A stretch of DNA of 64,000 bases from an uncultured bacterium (lineage in GTDB: Bacteria > Verrucomicrobiota > Verrucomicrobiia > Verrucomicrobiales > DEV007): contig CAXBMO010000015.1 in the NCBI GenBank assembly GCA_963977015.1, positions 32,001 to 96,000 on the forward strand. Direction: 5' to 3'. The position numbers and the translations under genes are program-made. Under the pieces are notes generated by a model. It worked only from the letters and a program-made list of their open reading frames with translations. It made no database searches and was not told where the DNA came from. Positions 17,644 to 27,539 of this stretch are shown one piece after another (positions within the stretch are counted from its first letter, which is position 1; every line of letters starts with the position of its first letter).

Positions 17644-19638
17644 ATGGAAAACGACACTCCTAAAGGTGGCCAAGAGGCCAACGACAAAACGGTCGTCGCG
17701 ACTCTCGCGATGGCCTTGGGAATGCCTTTTCTCCTGGCGTTGTTCATCATCATCTCAAGCTGGAACCACATCGTCGAGCCTAACGACGATTCCGTGGATC
17801 GTCCCCCGCTTGAAACGGCATCCAACGTTTCAGAAGAATCGGCTTCGAAGGCAGCTGCACAAGCCGCCCTTCAAGACGCTAAAAAGAGTAGCGAAACGGT
17901 CGCTGCTGTTAAGCCTGAAACCGAGAAATCGGAAACACCTTCGAAGTCGGATGATCCCCCTGCTGAAACGGTAGCGGCGAAAACCGAACCCACCGAAAAA
18001 GCGGATGAGTCGAAGCCCGCCGCTGTGGTCGCCAAAAATGATGCGCCCGCCGAGGACACCAAGCCGGCCGAAACCACTGAACCTGAGAAACCAAGCCTGG
18101 CCCAGAACATGCAGTCGAGTTCTCTGGAACTCGAACCCAATCTGGTAGCGGCCCAGCCTCCGGTCGAAGTGAAAAAGGATGAGCCGAAAGCAACGCCGGT
18201 CGTTGCTGAGGTGAAGAAAGATGAATCGGCAGACTTGGCTCTCCAAGTCAAAGAACTGAAGAACCAGCTCAAAGCTGCTGAGGCAAAGCTCGTGTCAGAG
18301 CAGGCCGTAAAAGCCAGCCTCCTCGCCAAAGTCACCAATCTTGAAGCCGAGTCGGAGAAAGCTAAGGAATGGCAATCTCTTGGCGCCCGTGCCCAGGCCC
18401 GCCTTGCCGACGCCCAGAAGCTTGCGAACAATCGCCAGGAAAAAATCTCCAAGCTTGAGAACACGGTAAAAACTCAAGCCAACCAGATCGCCGCAATCGA
18501 GAAATCGGCCAAGACGCTCGCCGTAGAGCCGTTCCAGGTAAAACTCCGCTCGCTTGAGGCCGAATATCAAATGATCCTTGCGAGCTTGGACGCATCCAAG
18601 GCTGATGCCGCAAAAGCGGAATCCGCCATTGCCGCTTCCAAGAAACAAGTCTCCGCCGCCAACGCCATGGTCGCGAAACTGCAATCCGATCTCGCCTCGT
18701 CGCAAAAGGCACTTGCTGTTGCCGCGAAAAAGCCTTCCTCCACCGAACCGATGGAAGCAAAGCTCCGCTCGTTAGCCTCAGAAAATGCCACGATGGCTTC
18801 CCAGCTCAAGGACGCGCAATCTCAAATGCTCGCTGCGCAAACCGCGGCGGCTTCCGCGAAGAAGCAGGCTCAGTCTGCGGCAGCGAAGGCCCATCAGATG
18901 ATTTCCAGCTCGAACACGGAGATGATGGAAATGAAGCAAGCGCTGATCGCCGCCCAGAAGGCTCCCAAGAAGGACGCAAATATTGAGGCTTATGAAGCCC
19001 AACTCCGCTCCATCACCGCCGAGAACAAGGCGCTTCGCTCTCGCCTCACCGGCATGGAAGCTCAAATCGCCAGCCACGACACCGCGAGCAACAAGCTGCG
19101 CCATCAAGTGGCATCGCTCAATCGTCAGCTTTCTCAGACCGCGGTTGTGGCCAAAGCTCCCGCCGCAAAACCGACTCCCGACGTCGCCGCGCTTCAGGAG
19201 CTGCATGCAAAGACCCAGGAGCGACTCGCATCGGCGCAGAAGCTCGCGAACACTCGGGGAGAAACCATTCAAACGCTTCAAGCTCAGCTCAAAAGTGCTC
19301 GCGACAAAATGGTTGTGGTCACTTCCAAGCCTCCGGCCGCAGCAGACAGCGCACCGTTGAAAGTCGAGGTCGAAAGCCTTGCCGCAAAGCTGTCTACCGA
19401 ACAAGCTGTCAAAGCCGATTTGATGCGCAAGGTATCCGATCTGCAGACCAAGCTGAAAACGGCCGCCGCAAATTCCGACTGGCTGAACAAGCTGGGCAAA
19501 GAGATCACGATTCTGAAGCAACAGAACGCCGAAACCCAGGCCCGGTTGGCTGAAGTTCAGGCGCAGGCACAGAGTCGCCATGAGAAATTCTCGCAACTTG
19601 AGAGCGCCGTCAGCGACGCGCTCAAAGGCGAGAAGTAA
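17644..19638 (+). CDS. Membrane-anchored long coiled-coil protein with internal repeats
   Basis: N-terminal TM helix, acidic Pro-rich linker, then about 450 aa of Ala/Lys/Gln heptads. Confidence 0.75.
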   Translation: MENDTPKGGQEANDKTVVATLAMALGMPFLLALFIIISSWNHIVEPNDDSVDRPPLETASNVSEESASKAAAQAALQDAKKSSETVAAVKPETEKSETPSKSDDPPAETVAAKTEPTEKADESKPAAVVAKNDAPAEDTKPAETTEPEKPSLAQNMQSSSLELEPNLVAAQPPVEVKKDEPKATPVVAEVKKDESADLALQVKELKNQLKAAEAKLVSEQAVKASLLAKVTNLEAESEKAKEWQSLGARAQARLADAQKLANNRQEKISKLENTVKTQANQIAAIEKSAKTLAVEPFQVKLRSLEAEYQMILASLDASKADAAKAESAIAASKKQVSAANAMVAKLQSDLASSQKALAVAAKKPSSTEPMEAKLRSLASENATMASQLKDAQSQMLAAQTAAASAKKQAQSAAAKAHQMISSSNTEMMEMKQALIAAQKAPKKDANIEAYEAQLRSITAENKALRSRLTGMEAQIASHDTASNKLRHQVASLNRQLSQTAVVAKAPAAKPTPDVAALQELHAKTQERLASAQKLANTRGETIQTLQAQLKSARDKMVVVTSKPPAAADSAPLKVEVESLAAKLSTEQAVKADLMRKVSDLQTKLKTAAANSDWLNKLGKEITILKQQNAETQARLAEVQAQAQSRHEKFSQLESAVSDALKGEK

Positions 19639-19663
19639 GGAAACCGACTCCGCCAGAGTTTTC

Positions 19664-19702
19664 AAAGCGACCGCTGCGTGATCCGTGGCGGTCGCTTTTT
19701 CT
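19664..19702 (+). terminator. Intrinsic terminator, probably bidirectional
   Basis: AAAGCGACCGC-tgcgtgatccgtg-GCGGTCGCTTTTT between convergent genes. Confidence 0.8.
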
Positions 19703-19709
19703 TGGGCGG

Positions 19710-20816
19710 TTACCGTGGTCGGCTGAGAATTTGGGTGGCCAACTGGCTCAACACCGTGCCGGGCTCCATTTGCGTGGTCACCAATCGCCGATTGGCATCG
19801 AGACAGGCAACCAAGGCTGCCCGCAACTCCTTGAGGGTAAATCTCTGACAGCCTTTGGTCGCCAGAAAAATGGGATAGGCGCTGATGCCGCCATCTTTCT
19901 TTCGAGGCAAATGGGCGGTGGCTGACTTGGGCAGTCGATTGATGTTCGATTCGTAGGAACGGTAATTGCCGCCGTTGAGCCCGAAATTTTCCAACAAATC
20001 GCGAGCCAGAAGGAGGCTGCGGACTCTCGGGACAATCGCCGCGAGCAAAATCCCAATCGCATTCTCGCCTTTGCGAAGCTGCTGATCGATCAATTCGATG
20101 GATCGTGGAAGGTTGCGTTCGGCGATCGCGTCTCCAATCTCAAAAATCACCCCCGCTCGCGTCGTCGCGACCACCGCACGGACATCGTCCGTTGTCGCCA
20201 CCTGACCTTCGCCCAGATAAAGACCCAGCTTCTCAAGCTCGCTGTCGAGTTGCCGCGTATTTTCACCGGTCGCCATGACGAAGTATTCCAACGCTTCTCG
20301 TTCGAACTGAAAACCGATCCGTTTCGCGTGTTTCTCCGCCAGCAGCATCACCTCCTGCTCCCAACCGGATTTTGACGGATCCGGAAGATCGTGAATCGTG
20401 ATTTCACCAATTTTGCCCAGCTTCTTGTAGAAGGCCCGGCGCTTATCGATGCCCGTCCCGCTGATGATGAGGTGAACGCCGGGCGCAAGTCCCTGCTCCA
20501 TCAGTTTCGTGAGTTGCTCGACCGCCGCCTGCGTCGCCGCCGCGCGCCCCATCACGTTGTCTGCAAAGAAATTCGCCCCTTGCAGCCAAACCGTCTTGTC
20601 TCCCCCGAGGAAGGGGAGGGTTTGCAGCGCCTCAATCGTATCGCGGACGATTCTCGAAGCATGTTCGCTGGTCTCCGCGTTTCCATTGATGAGATCCAGC
20701 CCGAAGTCCGCGTTTTCCTCAGGCGTGAGTTCACGCGAAAGCTTCAGCGCGTCTTCTTTCACTCGCGCATCGTCCGTTCCAAAAAAAGCGATGATCTGTT
20801 TGCCCGATTTCGGCAT
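19710..20816 (-). CDS. holA: DNA polymerase III subunit delta
   Basis: FFGTDD, LQTLPFLGGDKTV, IDKRRAFYK, LDSELEKL.LY and IFEIGDAI motifs. Confidence 0.88.
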   Translation of the reverse strand: MPKSGKQIIAFFGTDDARVKEDALKLSRELTPEENADFGLDLINGNAETSEHASRIVRDTIEALQTLPFLGGDKTVWLQGANFFADNVMGRAAATQAAVEQLTKLMEQGLAPGVHLIISGTGIDKRRAFYKKLGKIGEITIHDLPDPSKSGWEQEVMLLAEKHAKRIGFQFEREALEYFVMATGENTRQLDSELEKLGLYLGEGQVATTDDVRAVVATTRAGVIFEIGDAIAERNLPRSIELIDQQLRKGENAIGILLAAIVPRVRSLLLARDLLENFGLNGGNYRSYESNINRLPKSATAHLPRKKDGGISAYPIFLATKGCQRFTLKELRAALVACLDANRRLVTTQMEPGTVLSQLATQILSRPR

Positions 20817-20924
20817 AGCGGAGGAAACTAGCTGGCGATTGCGGCTACGCTAGGGCAATTTTTGCCCGAATTTGCCCACTCATTTCCCCTTGACCCCGCA
20901 TCGCCCCGGTCGTGGAATGCAAGG

Positions 20925-22085
20925 GTGAAAACCCCACTATTCCTGTTTTTTGCCTTGGTTGGCTCCCTCTTCGCGGCTCCGCCACCACCTGGCGGTGTCA
21001 AAACGCTCGAAATCGGGAGCCCCGCGCCGGACTTCACGTTGCTCGGCGTTGATGGGAAACAGCACACCCTCGCGGCGTATGCCGACAAGAAGGTGCTCGC
21101 GGTGCTGTTTACCTGCAATCACTGCCCAACCGCGCAGGCAGTTGAGGAACGGGTGAAACAGTTGGTGACCGACTTCACCGGCGAAAGCTTTCAACTCCTC
21201 GCGATTTCGCCCAATGACCCGCTTTCCGTCCGCGTGGATGAGCTTGGCTACTCCGTTTACGGCGACAGCTATGAGGAGATGATCGCTCACGCCAAGGAAT
21301 ACGGATTCAACTTTCCGTATCTTTACGATGGCGAGACTCAGGAGACTTCGATGGCGTTCGGAGCGATGGCGACACCTCACATCTTCATTTTCGATCATGA
21401 GCGCAAGCTCCGTTACCAAGGCCGGCTCGACGATTCGAAATATGAGGATGGCGCGACGACTCACGATGCGCGAAACGCGATCAACGCCCTGCTCGCCAGC
21501 CAACCGGTTCCGGTCGAGACGACCCGGATTTTCGGCTGTTCGACGAAGTGGGCCTACAAACGCGACTTGGTGAGCAAGCACGAAACTGGCTGGAAAGAAC
21601 GCGAGGTAACCCTTGAAAAGACCGATGCCAAGGGAGTTCGCCAGCTCGTGGCGAACCAGAGCGACAAACTCCGGCTCATCAATCTGTGGGCAACCTGGTG
21701 CGGACCTTGCGTCGCAGAATTTCCCGATCTGGTTTCCCTGGGACGCCAATTCGAAAACCGCGGTTTTGACTTCATCAGCCTCAGCATGGATGAGCCGACT
21801 CAGGAAGCCAAAGTTCTCCAGTTTCTCAAAAGCGAGCACGCTGCCCTGGGAAAACGAACCGAGTTATCGGTCAAAGAAGAAGGCCGCACCACCAACAACT
21901 ATCTTTTCACCGGAAGCCAGGATGCGATGGCGAAAGCACTCGATCCCAGTTGGAACGGTAGCCTGCCCTATACCATCCTGGTGAAGCCCGGCGGTGAAAT
22001 CGTTTGGCGCCATGAGGGAGAGCTTGATCTGATGGAAGCCCGGATGGCCATCGTAGGGGAACTCGGTCGCTTTTACGCGAAATGA
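20925..22085 (+). CDS. Secreted two-domain redoxin (thioredoxin-fold) protein
   Basis: GTG start and signal peptide; G.PAPDF...FTCNHCP...YQGRLDD...GCSTKW, then NLWATWCGPC (TlpA-like). Confidence 0.85.
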   Translation: MKTPLFLFFALVGSLFAAPPPPGGVKTLEIGSPAPDFTLLGVDGKQHTLAAYADKKVLAVLFTCNHCPTAQAVEERVKQLVTDFTGESFQLLAISPNDPLSVRVDELGYSVYGDSYEEMIAHAKEYGFNFPYLYDGETQETSMAFGAMATPHIFIFDHERKLRYQGRLDDSKYEDGATTHDARNAINALLASQPVPVETTRIFGCSTKWAYKRDLVSKHETGWKEREVTLEKTDAKGVRQLVANQSDKLRLINLWATWCGPCVAEFPDLVSLGRQFENRGFDFISLSMDEPTQEAKVLQFLKSEHAALGKRTELSVKEEGRTTNNYLFTGSQDAMAKALDPSWNGSLPYTILVKPGGEIVWRHEGELDLMEARMAIVGELGRFYAK

Positions 22086-23083
22086 AGCTGGTTGCCCAAA
22101 GTCTGTTTTTCCTCGCACTTCTTGTTGGGACCAGGGTTGCGGCTGAGCCCATCTCAACGCACGAATTGGTTCCGCTGCCGAATCACGAAGTTTCGTTTCA
22201 GATTGAAGGATCCGAGAAACTCCGGTGGCATTTCGGCAAGCAGTATCCCCGGCCGTTCTTTTACCCCTTCAAGGGACCTTCGGGCGCTTCGCTGACTCGG
22301 ATGGGCCATCCCGGAGCCCAAAATCACGATCATCACCGCTCGATCTGGTTTGCTCACAATGACCTTAACGGGGTGAACTTCTGGAGCGATTCAACCACGG
22401 CGAAGATCCGGCAAAAGATGTGGCTATCCTATCACGACGGTGATGAGGAAGCGATCATGGCCAGCTTACTGGGTTGGTTTGACGGGGAAGGTGTCGAGGT
22501 GATGGAGCAGGAATTGGTTACCTCGTTGCGTGTTGTTGACGAAGGCGAACACGCTCTCGAAATTCAGATCACGCTGAGGCCGGCCAAGGAGGCCAAAACG
22601 GTTGAACTGGGCAAAACCAATTTCGGCTTTCTCGCCGTGCGCGTCGCAAAATCCATTTCCGAGTATTTTGGGGAGGGTCTTCTCACCAACAGCGAAGGCC
22701 AAATCCATGAAGCTGAGATTTTTGGAAATCCCGCTCGCTGGATGGACTACAGCGGTCCGGTCGCGATCGGCACCGGTTCCGACCGAAAAACCGTGGTCGA
22801 AGGCATCACCTATTTTGATCACCCGTCGAACCCTCGCTATCCCACCAAGTGGCACGTTCGCCAGGATGGCTGGATGGGTGCGTCATTTGGCATGGATGAG
22901 GCCTTTACCATTTCCCACGAGTCGCCACTCGTCTTGCGCTACTTGCTTCACGCCCACCAAGGAGCCTACGATGCGGAAAAAGCGGGCCGCGTCGCGTCGG
23001 ATTTTCACGATCGGCCGGGATTCGTTGTTCAGAAGCGCACCAAACGGCATGGCCAGTTTGATGTGCTGAGGATTCCGAAGTAA
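22082..23083 (+). CDS. PmoA-family/DUF6807-like secreted protein
   Basis: RPFFYP...DHHRSIWFAH...NFW, GFLAVRVA, ARWMDYSG and FDHPSNPRYPT.WHVR motifs; ATGA overlap with the upstream gene. Confidence 0.7.
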   Translation: MKLVAQSLFFLALLVGTRVAAEPISTHELVPLPNHEVSFQIEGSEKLRWHFGKQYPRPFFYPFKGPSGASLTRMGHPGAQNHDHHRSIWFAHNDLNGVNFWSDSTTAKIRQKMWLSYHDGDEEAIMASLLGWFDGEGVEVMEQELVTSLRVVDEGEHALEIQITLRPAKEAKTVELGKTNFGFLAVRVAKSISEYFGEGLLTNSEGQIHEAEIFGNPARWMDYSGPVAIGTGSDRKTVVEGITYFDHPSNPRYPTKWHVRQDGWMGASFGMDEAFTISHESPLVLRYLLHAHQGAYDAEKAGRVASDFHDRPGFVVQKRTKRHGQFDVLRIPK

Positions 23084-23180
23084 AAAGTGCGCCAATTTTC
23101 GAGGTAATCGGCGATGACGTCGAAATTGCTGAAAGGAACTGGACGCGGGGAAGAATCGAACAAAGTTAGCTTCCGAACCG

Positions 23181-24710
23181 ATGGACAATCCTTTTCGTGA
23201 ATTCCTTGTCTCGCGCAACGCTCCCGAGCCTTGCACAATCGTCATCTTCGGCGCCACCGGCGACTTGACGCACCGCAAACTAATCCCGGCGCTCTACAAC
23301 ATGCATTCCGCGGGAGATCTTCCGGCCGGAACCCGCGTGATCGGATTTGCCCGCCGTGAGAAATCGCACGAGCAATTTCGAACTGAGTTGGCGGAGATGA
23401 ACCGAAAGGTTTCCCGCAGTGGTCACAGCGAGGATGACTGGAACCTTTTCGCGAACTCGATTTTTTATCACCAAAGCGAGTTTCAGGATGAAAGCGGCTA
23501 TCAGGGCCTCTCCACGTTTTTGGCCGAATTGGAGAAGGACTGTGCGAATCCACCCAACCGCCTCTACTACCTCGCCAGCGCGCCGGAATTCTTTGACGAC
23601 ATCCTCGAGAAAATGCGCGTTACCGGCCTCAACGAGACTTCCGGGAACGGTTGGGCGCGTGTCGTGGTGGAAAAACCATTCGGAACGGACCTGAAGACCG
23701 CACAGCGTCTCAACTCGATCGTTAACGCGACGTTCGACGAAAAGGACACCTACCGGATCGATCACTACCTCGGGAAAGAGACGGCGCAAAACATCATGGT
23801 GCTTCGCTTCGCGAACGCCATTTTTGAGCCGATCTGGAACAATCGGCACATCGATCACGTCCAGATTACCTGCGCCGAAAACCTGGGAATGGAAGGCGGA
23901 CGCGGCGGCTACTACGACACCGCCGGCGCTCTCCGCGACATGGTTCAAAACCACCTGCTTCAGCTGTTCAGCCTGATTGCGATGGAACCTCCGGTCGACC
24001 TCAGCGCAGACGGCATTCGTGACGAAAAGGTGAAGGTGATCAAATCGCTTCGCCCGATGGAAGGCCGGGTCGGGGAGAACGCGGTTCGCGCCCAATATAC
24101 CGAAGGCACGATTCTTGGGGAAGTGGTTCCCGGTTATCGCCAGGAAGACCGGATCGCTCCCAATTCCATGACGGAACCCTATGTCGCGCTGCGTTTGCAA
24201 ATCCAGAACTGGCGCTGGGAAGGCGTCCCGTTTTACATGCGCATGGGCAAACGGCTCCCTAAAAAGGTCACCGAGATTTCCATTCACTTTAAAGAGCCGC
24301 CGGGCGTCCTCTTCAGCCATTTCCCGGTTACGGCTCGAGAGAACGTCCTCACGATCCGAATTCAACCGGACGAAGGCATCTCGCTCCGGATGCTTTCGAA
24401 AATTCCCGGTCCGTCCATTCGGATGGAACCCGTGAAGATGGATTTTCACTATTCGAGTTCGTTTGGAAAGGCGAGTCCCGAAGCTTACGAGCGGCTGTTG
24501 CTCGATGCGATGGCGGGCGATGCGACTTTGTTCGCCCGGCGCGACGAAGTGGAGAACGCCTGGCACTTCATTGATCAAATCGAACACGGCTGGCATGGCG
24601 TCGACGAAACGCTCCAACCGCCCATGGCCGAATATCCCGCCGGAACCTGGGGACCGACGGAAGCAGACGAACTTCTTCATCGCGATGGACGACGCTGGCG
24701 CCGGTTATAA
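23181..24710 (+). CDS. zwf: Glucose-6-phosphate 1-dehydrogenase
   Basis: IFGATGDL, EKPFG, RIDHYLGKE, RDMVQNHL and GVPFY.R.GKRL motifs. Confidence 0.97.
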   Translation: MDNPFREFLVSRNAPEPCTIVIFGATGDLTHRKLIPALYNMHSAGDLPAGTRVIGFARREKSHEQFRTELAEMNRKVSRSGHSEDDWNLFANSIFYHQSEFQDESGYQGLSTFLAELEKDCANPPNRLYYLASAPEFFDDILEKMRVTGLNETSGNGWARVVVEKPFGTDLKTAQRLNSIVNATFDEKDTYRIDHYLGKETAQNIMVLRFANAIFEPIWNNRHIDHVQITCAENLGMEGGRGGYYDTAGALRDMVQNHLLQLFSLIAMEPPVDLSADGIRDEKVKVIKSLRPMEGRVGENAVRAQYTEGTILGEVVPGYRQEDRIAPNSMTEPYVALRLQIQNWRWEGVPFYMRMGKRLPKKVTEISIHFKEPPGVLFSHFPVTARENVLTIRIQPDEGISLRMLSKIPGPSIRMEPVKMDFHYSSSFGKASPEAYERLLLDAMAGDATLFARRDEVENAWHFIDQIEHGWHGVDETLQPPMAEYPAGTWGPTEADELLHRDGRRWRRL

Positions 24711-24713
24711 ACC

Positions 24714-25829
24714 ATGAATCCAGAATCTCTCATCACCCCGGAGCTCAACCAGAAGCTCGAGTCCGGTGCTCTCGGCAAGCCGGTGGCACTCGAAAAAATT
24801 ACGTTGGAACTGGAGGCGTTCTTTGGCGACGACGAGATGATGACTCGCGCTTCGCTGATGAACTTTGCGGTTTTCAGCGAGTCACCCGAGTGCCTGATCG
24901 AGAATCACGAGCTGATTCGAGATATCACCCGCAGTCACGCCTGTCGCGCCCTGCTTATTTGTGTCGCGCCCCACGAAACGGAGAATCGAGTCCGAGCGTG
25001 GATTGAGGCCCTTTGCGAACTCAATGATCGGGGAGGCAAAATGGTCTGCTCCGAGCAGGTCTCGTTTTTGCTCGAAGGCACCAGCCGGGATTCGCTTTCC
25101 AGTCTGGTGTTTTCCCACCTTCGTTCGGACTTGCCTTTGGTGGCGTGGTGGAAGGGCGAATTGAGCGAGTATTTTCAAAAGGGGCTCTATAGCCGGATTG
25201 ACCGTCTCATCGTGGACAGCAACCGGTGGACCGATCCGAGAAAACAATTCCAGATTCTCGCCGAAGCCCATCAAGCCAAGGGCAATCAATTCGACGAAGC
25301 CGGCAAGAGCCAGTTCCTGATCCACGATCTGGCCTACACCCGCGGCCATCAGCATCGGCGAGCGATTGCGCACGTATTTGATGATCCTCGTTGGTTGAAG
25401 GAGCTCGATTCGATTTCTGAAGTTGAGGTCAACTACGCGAATCCTCATCGGACCGCGGCGCTCTACTGGGCGGCATGGCTCGTAGCCCAACTCCAGGCGT
25501 CGCTGGTATCCAAGGAGAATGACGAGTTTCAATACGACTCAAACGGAAAGGCGCTTCGCCTGCGCTTGTCTGAAACGACTGACTCGGAAAGCGATCGCTT
25601 TTTCTCTTCCATTCGGCTCGTCAGCGCAATTGGCGAAATCCTCATCACTCCCAACGAGGATCCCCGGTTTCTCTCGCTCGTCGCCAAACTCGGTGGCTCC
25701 GTCACTCTCGATGAGTTGTTTCCCGCGACTCAGGGAACCGATGCGGATCTGGTGAGTGAGATTCTGATGCGGGGAGGCAGAAACCTGCTTTTGCGGAAGG
25801 TGCTCCCCAAACTCCGCGAAATGCTCTAG
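24714..25829 (+). CDS. opcA: G6PD assembly protein OpcA
   Basis: Directly after zwf; HACRAL, SDLPLVAWWKG and RLIVDS motifs. Confidence 0.85.
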   Translation: MNPESLITPELNQKLESGALGKPVALEKITLELEAFFGDDEMMTRASLMNFAVFSESPECLIENHELIRDITRSHACRALLICVAPHETENRVRAWIEALCELNDRGGKMVCSEQVSFLLEGTSRDSLSSLVFSHLRSDLPLVAWWKGELSEYFQKGLYSRIDRLIVDSNRWTDPRKQFQILAEAHQAKGNQFDEAGKSQFLIHDLAYTRGHQHRRAIAHVFDDPRWLKELDSISEVEVNYANPHRTAALYWAAWLVAQLQASLVSKENDEFQYDSNGKALRLRLSETTDSESDRFFSSIRLVSAIGEILITPNEDPRFLSLVAKLGGSVTLDELFPATQGTDADLVSEILMRGGRNLLLRKVLPKLREML

Positions 25830-26001
25830 CTCGAAAAACGGTCTCGCCGAAAACTGCCCATTTTTCGCATGCCTGCGAATATCAGGCGGATATTTTCCCA
25901 TTCATGAGTCGAAATCGCGTTAAATTGCGAGATTAAGTCATATTTTTCATAAAAACTGCGTTTTATAGTTGAGAAAATTCTAAAATGATGGAATCTATAT
26001 T

Positions 26002-26161
26002 CATCACGAGCGAGACACGGTGAGACGATCCCAACGCTCCTACGAATTTCCCAATTTTGTGAGAACCATAGTTATTGTTTGTTTATTTGTTTTCAGTTTG
26101 AGTGAGTAGCTAACTGAGTGAGTGACTGGATTAGGGCCGACAGATTTCTGTCGGCCCTTTC
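26002..26161 (+). ncRNA. Candidate small RNA in an AT-rich intergenic region
   Basis: 5' hairpin GAGCG/CGCTC, U-rich core, TGAGTGAGT twice, and a terminal 11-bp hairpin AGGGCCGACAG/CTGTCGGCCCT with no gene ending just upstream. Confidence 0.45.
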
Positions 26162-26201
26162 CATGTACCGAAAACGCGCTTTCTCGTTTTCTTGAAACTA
26201 A

Positions 26202-26228
26202 TGTAACGGGCCGGGGTTGATATCGTCT
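26202..26228 (+). promoter_or_regulatory. ECF-sigma-type promoter upstream of the EF-hand gene
   Basis: TGTAAC-N16-CGTCT, matching the AAC...CGT ECF consensus, ending 11 nt before ATG 26240. Confidence 0.6.
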
Positions 26229-26239
26229 GAAAATCCAAG

Positions 26240-26950
26240 ATGAAAATCATGACAAAAAATCTTCTGATTGTTGCAGCTTCGGCGGCAGGACTGACTCTCG
26301 GCTTTGCTGAGGGCGATGGTAAAAAACCAGAGCGTGGGCCGGGAGGAGGAAACCCTCTCAAGGCACTCGACACCGATGGCGACGGAGCCATTTCCAAAGC
26401 TGAAGCGGGTGACAAATGGGAGCGCATGGGCAAACTCGACAAGAACGGTGACGGCTCCATCACGGCAGACGAGATGCCGAAACGAGGTCCAGGGGGACCA
26501 GGTGGTGATCGCCGCGGAATGATGGAGAAGATGTTTGAGCACATGGACAAAGACCAAGACGGCAAAATCACTCAGGCAGAAGCTGGAGAGCGCTGGGAGC
26601 GTCTCGGAAAACTCGACAAAGACGGCGACGGAGCGGTGGCGAAGTCTGAAATCCCCCAAGGTCCTGGACCAGGCGGTCCTGGTGGCCCTGGCGGTCGCGG
26701 CGATCTCTTCGCCAAAGCTGACAAGGACCAGAATGGTCAGTTGACCGAAGACGAAGTTCCTGCGGAAGCATGGGCCAAGATCTCCAAAGCCGATGCCAAC
26801 AGCGATGGCGCGGTCACCAAGGAAGAGATGGCAGCAGCTCGCTCGAAAGCCGGCGGACCTGGCGGAAAAGGCCCAGGAAAAGGAAACGCCGACGCTGGAA
26901 GCGGCAAAAAGCCATCCCGTCCTCCACTCGAAGAAGACGCAGCATCCTAA
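26240..26950 (+). CDS. Secreted multi-EF-hand protein with Gly/Pro-rich linkers
   Basis: Six DxDxDG-type loops (DTDGDG, DKNGDG, DKDQDG, DKDGDG, DKDQNG, DANSDG); signal peptide. Confidence 0.9.
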   Translation: MKIMTKNLLIVAASAAGLTLGFAEGDGKKPERGPGGGNPLKALDTDGDGAISKAEAGDKWERMGKLDKNGDGSITADEMPKRGPGGPGGDRRGMMEKMFEHMDKDQDGKITQAEAGERWERLGKLDKDGDGAVAKSEIPQGPGPGGPGGPGGRGDLFAKADKDQNGQLTEDEVPAEAWAKISKADANSDGAVTKEEMAAARSKAGGPGGKGPGKGNADAGSGKKPSRPPLEEDAAS

Positions 26951-26976
26951 GTTCAACCTCACCCACCCATTTTTTC

Positions 26977-27015
26977 AGAAAAGGTCGCCTGGATACCCGG
27001 GCGGCCTTTTTCTTT
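26977..27015 (+). terminator. Intrinsic terminator
   Basis: AGAAAAGGTCGCCTGG-atac-CCGGGCGGCCTTTTTCTTT. Confidence 0.8.
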
Positions 27016-27083
27016 GCGCGCGAGAGGCGGATTCCCTCCGGCGATTTCCTGTTCTCCTCATCAAATCAACGGTATGTTCCCGC

Positions 27084-27539
27084 ATGAAATCAACCCTCGC
27101 ACTCTGTGTCGTCCTCGGGCTGCTCTCGACCATTTCCACCTATGCGGATCAATTAGCCTACATTTCCAAAGCTGATGCCGAGCGAGCTGCCGAACACATT
27201 CAAGATCAGCAACTCATCATTACCTATTGCTCCCTCTGCGACAATGAACCCGTCGAACTGTGGCACGTTCAGGAGACCAAAGTCGCCCACACCGGCTACG
27301 AGAACTACTTTGAAGTGATCGTCAAAGCCCGCCGAATTCTCACGTCCGCCCGGGTCTTCAATAGCGGAGAATACACAGAACCGGTCGAGCTCGACTATGT
27401 CGGCCATCCCGAATCCGCGCTCGAAGAATTGAAGCTCGATTTGGCCTACGTCTATACCGCTTCCGACGGTGCCTGGCTCTGCGTTGGCAAGCTTCTCGAA
27501 ATGGACTGCGAAATTTTGGTCGAGAAAATCCGGCTATGA
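27084..27539 (+). CDS. Secreted hypothetical protein (CxxC plus two C-terminal Cys)
   Basis: ATG at 27084, signal peptide MKSTLALCVVLGLLSTISTYA, YCSLC and LDLAYVY motifs. Confidence 0.65.
   Translation: MKSTLALCVVLGLLSTISTYADQLAYISKADAERAAEHIQDQQLIITYCSLCDNEPVELWHVQETKVAHTGYENYFEVIVKARRILTSARVFNSGEYTEPVELDYVGHPESALEELKLDLAYVYTASDGAWLCVGKLLEMDCEILVEKIRL

Noticed and set aside
23280-24680. 466-aa minus-strand ORF
   Set aside because: Antisense shadow of zwf; long opposite-strand frames are expected from codon bias in GC-rich DNA.
26360-26830. Recurring GACAAAGAC...GACGG motifs
   Set aside because: Explained by the EF-hand coding repeats.
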